This document shows positions 57,510-64,000 of a stretch of 64,000 bases of DNA, piece after piece. The stretch spans positions 124,001 through 188,000 of the forward strand of contig OZ218964.1 of NCBI GenBank assembly GCA_965112735.1, in the 5' to 3' direction. Every line of letters begins with the position of its first letter. The first letter of the stretch is position 1. A program made the position numbers and the translations under genes. The notes under the pieces were generated by a model. It did not search any database. It was not told where the DNA came from and saw nothing but the letters and a program-made list of their open reading frames with translations. The DNA is from Phaeosaccion multiseriatum. Lineage: Eukaryota; Protista; Ochrophyta, other classes.

Positions 57510-60440
57510 TCAAGCACTAGCGAAGAGGTCAGCACAGTCGGCGCAGCCACTGCCGCAGCGCCGGCACGGTGGGGTACCAGCAGAGCCCGCCCCGCCTCCC
57601 TCCTGCTGCCCATGGCTCCGCCTCGTCGCAAGAGTCGCGGCCCTCCTTCCCGGCCTCGGCGGTGGAGGTGCAACTCGAGCAGCGGGCACCCCACCCCCTC
57701 CCTGCTCCCCTCCCTGCTCCCCTCCCTGCGGCTGCTGTTGTATCACCAACTGCTGCTGTGGCTCTTCTCGAGCTCCTACCACCACACCCCGACGAGCGCT
57801 GGGAGGACCACCCTCCACACCACCCCTTGTGACACTGCTCGGAGCAGACCTCACCTCGCTTCCTCTCGACGCTCCTCCTCTTGCGGCTGCCAGCCTCGCC
57901 GCCAACCCTCCATCTGCATGCATCTCCGTCTCCGCCGTCTCGCCCATCCTCAGCGCCTCAACAAGCATGGAGGCCGTAGGCAAAGCCAAAGGAGCCCCCC
58001 CAGTGGGCTCGAGACGGCCGGCGCTCAGACTCTGTCGACCCCATCCTGCTGCCGCCACCCTCCTCCTCCCCCCCCTCGCTGCGCCACTACATCCCCCTCG
58101 GACCCGATCACGTCTTCCTCCTCCTCTTGCTCCTCCCTCCCCCATTGGCCCAGCCGCAAGGTCCAGAGCTGGAGCTGGTCGGGGAGGGTGGCGTGGGCGG
58201 CGCTTCGTCCTGGTGCGCGTGAAGCTCGCCATGGCTTCCTTCGCCGCGCTGTCCATCACCACGGTCTGCTGCTCGCCATTCACTGAAGCCTCGTCTCTGC
58301 CGCTCGTTATCTGCAGCCCCGTGAGGCTAAGACTCGTCCCCTCTTGTCCACCGCCTCCTCCTCCTCCTCCTCCTCCTCCTCTTGCTCCTCGCCCCCGCTT
58401 TCGACCTGAACGGCGACTAGTATCACCCCCGTGACAGGGAGCAAAGCCGTGCTGCTGCTTCTGATCATGGTCGCTGCTACTACTTCCCCCTCCTCCCCCC
58501 CCCCCTCGTGCCGCCTGTGCTTGCCCGGTGTCACTGGAGGGGGCGGAGGAGCACGCACCCCTGCACAGCTGCGGCCAGAACAACACATGGCAGTCCGGCG
58601 CGGGGCAGCCGCTCCCCTCTAGCCCGCGGCCTCCCCTCTCCTGTGCGGGGCGGAAGCAGGTGCGTAGGAGGCACTCGTCGTGGGCCACGTGCGTGCAGGG
58701 GAGGGTTCGGGCGGCGGAGGTGGGCAGTAGAGCCTCGTCGCACACTACGCATACGGTACTGGTGCTGGCGTTGCTGCCATCTGTGACTACGGTGCCGCTC
58801 TTGGTGCTATTGCCATTGCCATTGCCTTTGCTGCTGCTGCTGCTGCCAGATGCGACGATGCGTGGGGGTCGACATTTGGAGTTGAGGCCTGCAGTAAGAG
58901 CAGCGGCGGGTCCAGTTTCCCCGCCAGCGGCCGAGTGGACGGGGAGAGAGCTCAAAAGATACTGCGGCAACATTGCCAACAGGGTGGCGCTTGCTCCTCC
59001 CTTGCGCTCGTCACATCCTCCTCCCTCCTCAGTCACAGACGCCGCCGCTGCCGCCGCCGCCGCTCTCGCCACGGCCGCGTCGCCCGCCCGAGAAGCAGTG
59101 CTCCCTCTTGCTGCCCCGACAAACGAACTGCCCCCGAAGAAGCGGGTCTGGCCGGCGGCAGGGGCCAGGCCTACTCTCGCTCCTGCCTTGTCTGTGTCCT
59201 GGGTCGGAGGCGGTGCGGGGAGCCATCGCGTTGGGAATGAGGCCGCTACGGCCTGCACGAAGGAGTGTCCGAGGCGCCGACACTCGCTCTGCACGCCCTG
59301 ACTCCGAAAGCACTCCTCACACAGATCCATGGTGCTATTGGCCGCCGCCTCTGGAGTGTGTGGAGGAGCCGCGGGACTACGTCTCACGTCTCTTGCTCCT
59401 CCTCCTCCTCCTCCTCCTCCTCCTCCTCCTCCTCCTCCTCCTGCTGCTCCTGCTGCTGCTGCTGCTGCTGTTGCTGCTCCTTGTGTGCCCAAGGAGGGGG
59501 ACGAAAAGCAAGACAGACAGCGATAAAACACGTTCCTGCCCCGGGGGGCGTGACCGCAGGAGCGGCATTTGTCTACCAACGGGCCTTGGCAGCGCATCAT
59601 GGCCTTTCGTGCTCTCCTCTGAATGGCCTTCTCTTCCCCGAGCAGGCGCTCCACTACCCGACTACCCCAGTCCACTCGGCAGTTCGGACACGTGACGCGC
59701 TTCTTACGCGAGTCACCGCTCTGGGTGGTCATGACGTGTCGGGCATACATGACCATACACTTGATGTGCATGTTGTTGCCGCAGCCGTCCTTGCACCACG
59801 TGATGGCCGCGGGCAAGGGGAAGGACAGCTCTGCGGCGGCTTTCAGCTGCGCATCCACGTCGGTCATTTCCTCGATGCAGATGGGGCATACCTCCCCCTC
59901 CGTCAGCTCCTTCCGCTTCGCAGCACACCCCTCCCCCGCCCCAGCGGCAGTGGCATCACCACTTTCCCCTTCACCCACGACTGCCCCCCCCTGAGAGACC
60001 ACTCCACCTCCTCCAGCTCCGCTTCTTCTCCTCAGAAAGCGGTGCTGCTGGATGCGCTGGGCCGCTGCCTCCGGTCCGCTCTCCGACTCACCCCCAAGCT
60101 GCACGTCCGCGACCCCCCCCCCAATGCCTTGGACAAGCAACTTGTCCACCTCTGCGTCGATCAAGCTCCTCTGCCAGCAGACGGGGTCGAAGGGCGGCAC
60201 CCTCAGGACCTTGGCCATGACGAACACGAGGTGTATGCAGTGCCCTGTGGTGTCGCGGCAGGTGCAGCTCTGCTCGTCCCCGATACAAACCACAAACTTG
60301 GCGTCACTATCCTCGCCCCGTATGACGAACCGGGTGGGGCCGGCCTTCTGCAGGAGGAACAGTCTTGTGTTGTTGGTCTTCTCCAGCAGCGCCTCCCAGC
60401 CGTCTGGCGCCTTGCTGATCCAGGCATGGCGTCGAGACAT
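57510..60440 (-). CDS. ZSWIM2/MEX-like E3 ubiquitin ligase (SWIM-RING-ZZ-RING), apparently one exon
   Basis: SWIM: GPTRFVI..FVVCIG..QSCTC...CIHLVFVMAKVLRVP...WQRSL. RING: CPICIEEM..WCKDGCGNNMHIKC..CPNCR. ZZ: CRSC..YRCLSC..DLCEECF..HSF. RING2: CVVC..LPCTHVAHDECL. Confidence 0.88.
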   Translation of the reverse strand: MSRRHAWISKAPDGWEALLEKTNNTRLFLLQKAGPTRFVIRGEDSDAKFVVCIGDEQSCTCRDTTGHCIHLVFVMAKVLRVPPFDPVCWQRSLIDAEVDKLLVQGIGGGVADVQLGGESESGPEAAAQRIQQHRFLRRRSGAGGGGVVSQGGAVVGEGESGDATAAGAGEGCAAKRKELTEGEVCPICIEEMTDVDAQLKAAAELSFPLPAAITWCKDGCGNNMHIKCMVMYARHVMTTQSGDSRKKRVTCPNCRVDWGSRVVERLLGEEKAIQRRARKAMMRCQGPLVDKCRSCGHAPRGRNVFYRCLSCFSSPSLGTQGAATAAAAAAGAAGGGGGGGGGGGGGGGARDVRRSPAAPPHTPEAAANSTMDLCEECFRSQGVQSECRRLGHSFVQAVAASFPTRWLPAPPPTQDTDKAGARVGLAPAAGQTRFFGGSSFVGAARGSTASRAGDAAVARAAAAAAAASVTEEGGGCDERKGGASATLLAMLPQYLLSSLPVHSAAGGETGPAAALTAGLNSKCRPPRIVASGSSSSSKGNGNGNSTKSGTVVTDGSNASTSTVCVVCDEALLPTSAARTLPCTHVAHDECLLRTCFRPAQERGGRGLEGSGCPAPDCHVLFWPQLCRGACSSAPSSDTGQAQAARGGGGGGGSSSSDHDQKQQHGFAPCHGGDTSRRSGRKRGRGARGGGGGGGGGGGQEGTSLSLTGLQITSGRDEASVNGEQQTVVMDSAAKEAMASFTRTRTKRRPRHPPRPAPALDLAAGPMGEGGARGGGRRDRVRGGCSGAARGGRRRVAAAGWGRQSLSAGRLEPTGGAPLALPTASMLVEALRMGETAETEMHADGGLAARLAAARGGASRGSEVRSAPSSVTRGGVEGGPPSARRGVVVGAREEPQQQLVIQQQPQGGEQGGEQGGGGVPAARVAPPPPRPGRRAATLATRRSHGQQEGGGAGSAGTPPCRRCGSGCADCADLFASA

Positions 60441-61069
60441 GTTTCAGAGTGCTTCTTTTTACTGCGCGCTACTGCTGCTGCTATAATTTCAGTCATAACC
60501 AACCCACACCCGCCACGTGCCATTGAAGTCCCATCTTTGTTTCCTTCTGGCGCGCTCGACAAAGCTTTCCCTTCCTTTCCCGCCCGCCAGTTTCTTTCGG
60601 GGGGGGGGGAAGTCTCGCGGCGGAAACCACACATGCTGAGTTTGACGATTTCGACAATCGACAACGGGCGCAGAGGCTGTGAGAGGAAAGAGGGCCAACA
60701 GCAGCGAGAGAGAGCGACGAGGAGGGTGTGGGAGGTCTAAGCACTGCGCAGCAGCAGGGCAGATAAGCTGGGCCAAACAGTAGTGTGTCGTACGAGAGAA
60801 CAGTTTCTCTTGAGAGAACAGTATCTGGGTGCAGGGAGGGGGAGGGGAAAGGCAAGCAAGCAAGGATTGTTTTTGTCCCTTTTGGTCTTTTACATCCTCA
60901 GAGGCCCTTGGCCATAAGAGGCGAGAAGGGGGCCTTGCTGGACGGATCTGGTTCACTCTTCGCTCTACTCTGGGGGGGTACGTCGATCATTGGAAAGGGG
61001 AGTGGAGCCGCGGTAGTAGCGCAGTAGCAAGTGGTGGCCCATCTTTGCCGCGAAAAAACTGAGCAGCAG

Positions 61070-64000
61070 ATGGAGGAGAAGCAACGGTGTGATGCAGGGA
61101 AAGGGACCGGCCAAGCGCCGTCTCCTTCAGCGATATCCCGTCTCCGGAAGGTGGCTTGGGCGGGTCTGGCAGTGGTGGTGGTGGGAGCGGGCCTGTTCGC
61201 CTCGTCAATAGGAGAAGAAGTAGTAGCACCATGGCATCAGCCGCTGACGAGGAGGCTAGCGGCACTGGCACGGGAAGCGCTAGGAGCAGTAGGCACAGCC
61301 GACACTCGGCATCCACTGCCGCCAATACCCCAGCCGACGAGGGCAATAGAGGGGAACAACCGGAGGAGAGGGCTGGCAGGAGCACCTACGGAATACGATC
61401 TCAAGGGAAGCTACGACAAGAGCCACCGAAAGACCGCCACCATCGCCTACACTATCATCGCGGGTGTGGACGACTCCAACCGCATCAAGCGCATGCTGTC
61501 GGTCATATACTCACCTGATAACTTCTACCTCATCCACCTTGACAAGAAGACGCCCACCATGGTGCGAGAGGCCATGCGGAAGTACCTCACGCAGCATCCC
61601 TTCGTCAAGGGCACGATCAAGTTGCTGGAGCCGGCGGTCAACGTTCGGTGGGGGGTAAGTACGCCTGTTCTTCGGCTCCCCATTGACATCTGAGCTCTTT
61701 TAGTTTGTCCCCTACTCCACTTGCTTAACAATGTCGCCTCTCTCCCCTCTTTGCCTTGTTCCTGCCTCCCTCCTCTTACCGTTCTTTACACAGAGCTTTT
61801 CTCTCCTCATGACGAACGTGTTTGGGGTGGCGGCGGCCCTCGAAATGGGCGAGTGGGACTACTATATGAACCTCAGCGGTGAGTCCACTTCTGCAGCACA
61901 TTCTGCGGCACTTTCGGCGGCACTACATACTGCATGGGACGGTGTGGGGAGTGGGGAGGGGTGAAACGGGGTGAGCGGCAGGAGAGCAGCAGGACGCAGG
62001 CCGATTACTCTTCACGTGCGGTTCGTTCTCACACAGCACGCGCCCCCACAACCTGCCCCCCCCCCCCCTTCTCTGTCTCGCTCTCTTCTCTCTTTCTCTT
62101 TCGCGTTCTCTTTCTTTCTCTGTCTCTCTCTCTGTCCTCTCTTTCTCTTTCTCGCTTTCCCCTCTCCCTCTCTCTCAGCCTCGGACTTCCCGCTGCTCAG
62201 CCAGGACGAAATGGCAGAGGTGTTGGGAAGCGTCATGGACAGCCGACTCAACTTCCTCACGGTGGGTGGGTGGGAGAGGGAGGCAAAGCATAAAAAAGGC
62301 TTGCATACATACAGGCAGGCATGGACCTGGGATGAGACGGTGTGGTACCTTCGCTCTCGTGTGGAGCCCGTCATGCCGACCCTTTGACTTCACTTGACTT
62401 TACATGTCCTCAACCATCCCCACACCGCACCCACGACCTACGCCCCCAGGGCGGTGTGATTGAGTTCGAGCGAGAGTTCAACCGAATCACCGGTTACAAT
62501 GATGACGAGGCCGTTTTCATGAACGACCCGCCCCACAATCAGGTTCGCTCGGTTAGGGGCTCGGTTCGGGTTCGGTTCGGTTAGCCACCCATTTGCTGAC
62601 CTTAATGCTTCATGAGGATCTAATAGCGTTGGGGTCAGTGCCAGTGTCAGTGTGTGCGTGAGCTTCAGCTCTTTAGCAAACATGCTCCGGTCTAGCCAGG
62701 AGGAGGAGGAGGAGACTCACTCGCCCCTCGCATGTGCACATCTTTATAAACGCCGTATTCCTTCTCTGTCCCCCTGTGCTCTGTGCTTCACTTTCCTGCT
62801 TGCCCCACATGCCTTTCTCTCCCCTCGCTCGTCCCTCTCGGCTCCGGGCAGATCGACCTCATCAAGGTCCACAACGGGAACAACAAACACATCTTCCGAA
62901 GAGACGTACCCAACCTCTTCCAAATCTACAAGGGGGAGTTCTGGGTGCTGCTGCATAGGAGGTACGTGTGTGCGTGGGTGCGTGGGTGCTTTTGTGGGTG
63001 CGTGTGTGCGTGTGCGTGTGTGCGTGTGCGTACGTGCGTGCACGGTGGGGGGTAGATGAGCATTCATTGCCTGACGTCGGAGGGAGCAGAGCAGGGAGCA
63101 TGCGAGGTGCGGAGGAAGAGATCGTTTATCTGTGTCATCGATGGGCGAAGGCGAACGTCAAAATGTCGTGGAGAGAGGGGTGGGAGGCCGGGGGATAGCG
63201 GTTTGCATCATGGAGAGAAGTGGACGCGCAAAGGAACAACGTACCACACGTCCAATCCTTCCTTGCTGCTGCTGGTGGTGGTGCTGCTGCTACGTGCTGC
63301 GTGCTCAATATACCCCTGCCTCACCCTCCGCCTCCTCCTTGAACGCTCGCTCCCTGCCTGCCTGGCAGTCTCGCCGAGTACTCCATCCGATCGCCCGATG
63401 GCGTGGCCCGGCAGCTCTTCGCGTACTTCGCGTCCATGCGCATCTGTGACGAAAGCTACTTCCAGACCGTCGTCTGCCATCCCAAGTAAGATCGATGAGG
63501 CGGAGGAGGACGAGGAGGAGGGACGATTGTCCCGAGGAAGGGCGTGCAGTCTCTCGCGTCCTCCTCCCCCTCCTCTCCTCCTCCTCCTCCTCCTCCTCCT
63601 CATGCATCATCATCATGATCTTCCTCCTCCTCCTCCTCCTCCTCCTCCTCCTTCTCCTTCTCCTCCCGCCCTCCTCCTGCCCCCCCCCCCCCCCCCCCCC
63701 CTTAATTCCTCCTCCTCATCAGCGCTCCTGCCGAGTTCCCTGTCCTGGGTAACTGCCTGCGGTACGTCAATTGGCCTCCGAGAATCCCCGGGCAGCCCCG
63801 GCCACACCCCTCCCCCATTGAGTCGAATCAAGTGGACGACATCCTGGCCACGGGCATGCTTTTTGCACGCAAGTTTGACTACAGCACCGCGGATGGGCGG
63901 GCCGCCGTCGATAAAGTAGAGGTGAGAAGGCGAGGGCCGAGTGAGGTAACGGGTGGGTAGTGGAGACTCACAGGTCCAGACCCACCCGCCGCCCATGCGT
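61070..64000 (+). CDS. GT14 (core-2/I-branching, xylosyltransferase-like) glycosyltransferase, runs off the right edge
   Basis: TM anchor; IAYTII..RMLSVIYSPDNFYLIHLDKK, VRWGSFSLL, WDYYMNLSASDFPLLSQ, IYKGEFWVLLHR, CDESYFQTV, LRYVNW, LFARKFD. Confidence 0.9.

Overview
Eukaryotic, GC-rich, intron- and microsatellite-rich nuclear DNA. A nucleus-encoded protein with a bipartite signal peptide plus an ASAAA|F transit motif points to an alga with a red-lineage secondary plastid (ochrophyte stramenopile; eustigmatophyte-like is only an inference). About 19 genes can be reconstructed by hand from GT-AG spliced exons: a PDZ+PX protein, GH81 endo-1,3-beta-glucanase with four Cys-rich modules, a ubiquitin-like protein, an IFT25/HSPB11-domain protein, SARAF, a GT31 Fringe-like glycosyltransferase, an RS/Tudor protein, tail-anchored ELP3, an SMP-domain protein, a PAS/LOV-like protein, a PSRP6/cL38-like plastid protein, pyridoxal kinase, a cytosolic carboxypeptidase, a MAP2K, a ZSWIM2-like E3 ligase, a GT14 (partial) and hypothetical ORFs. 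Most sit in head-to-head pairs. Three signals are not explained by the genes. (1) A 15-bp DNA word, CAGTTGGTG(A/G)TACAG, recurs about 17 times in both orientations, inside CAG tracts of unrelated exons (in different reading frames), an intron and intergenic DNA. (2) An unclassified TIR mini-element family occurs as nested copies at 39.3-39.7 kb with an internal hairpin array, plus a second copy at 57.2 kb. (3) Introns tend to have G-rich 5' ends and C-rich 3' ends. All coordinates were read by eye and exon edges may be off by a few nt.
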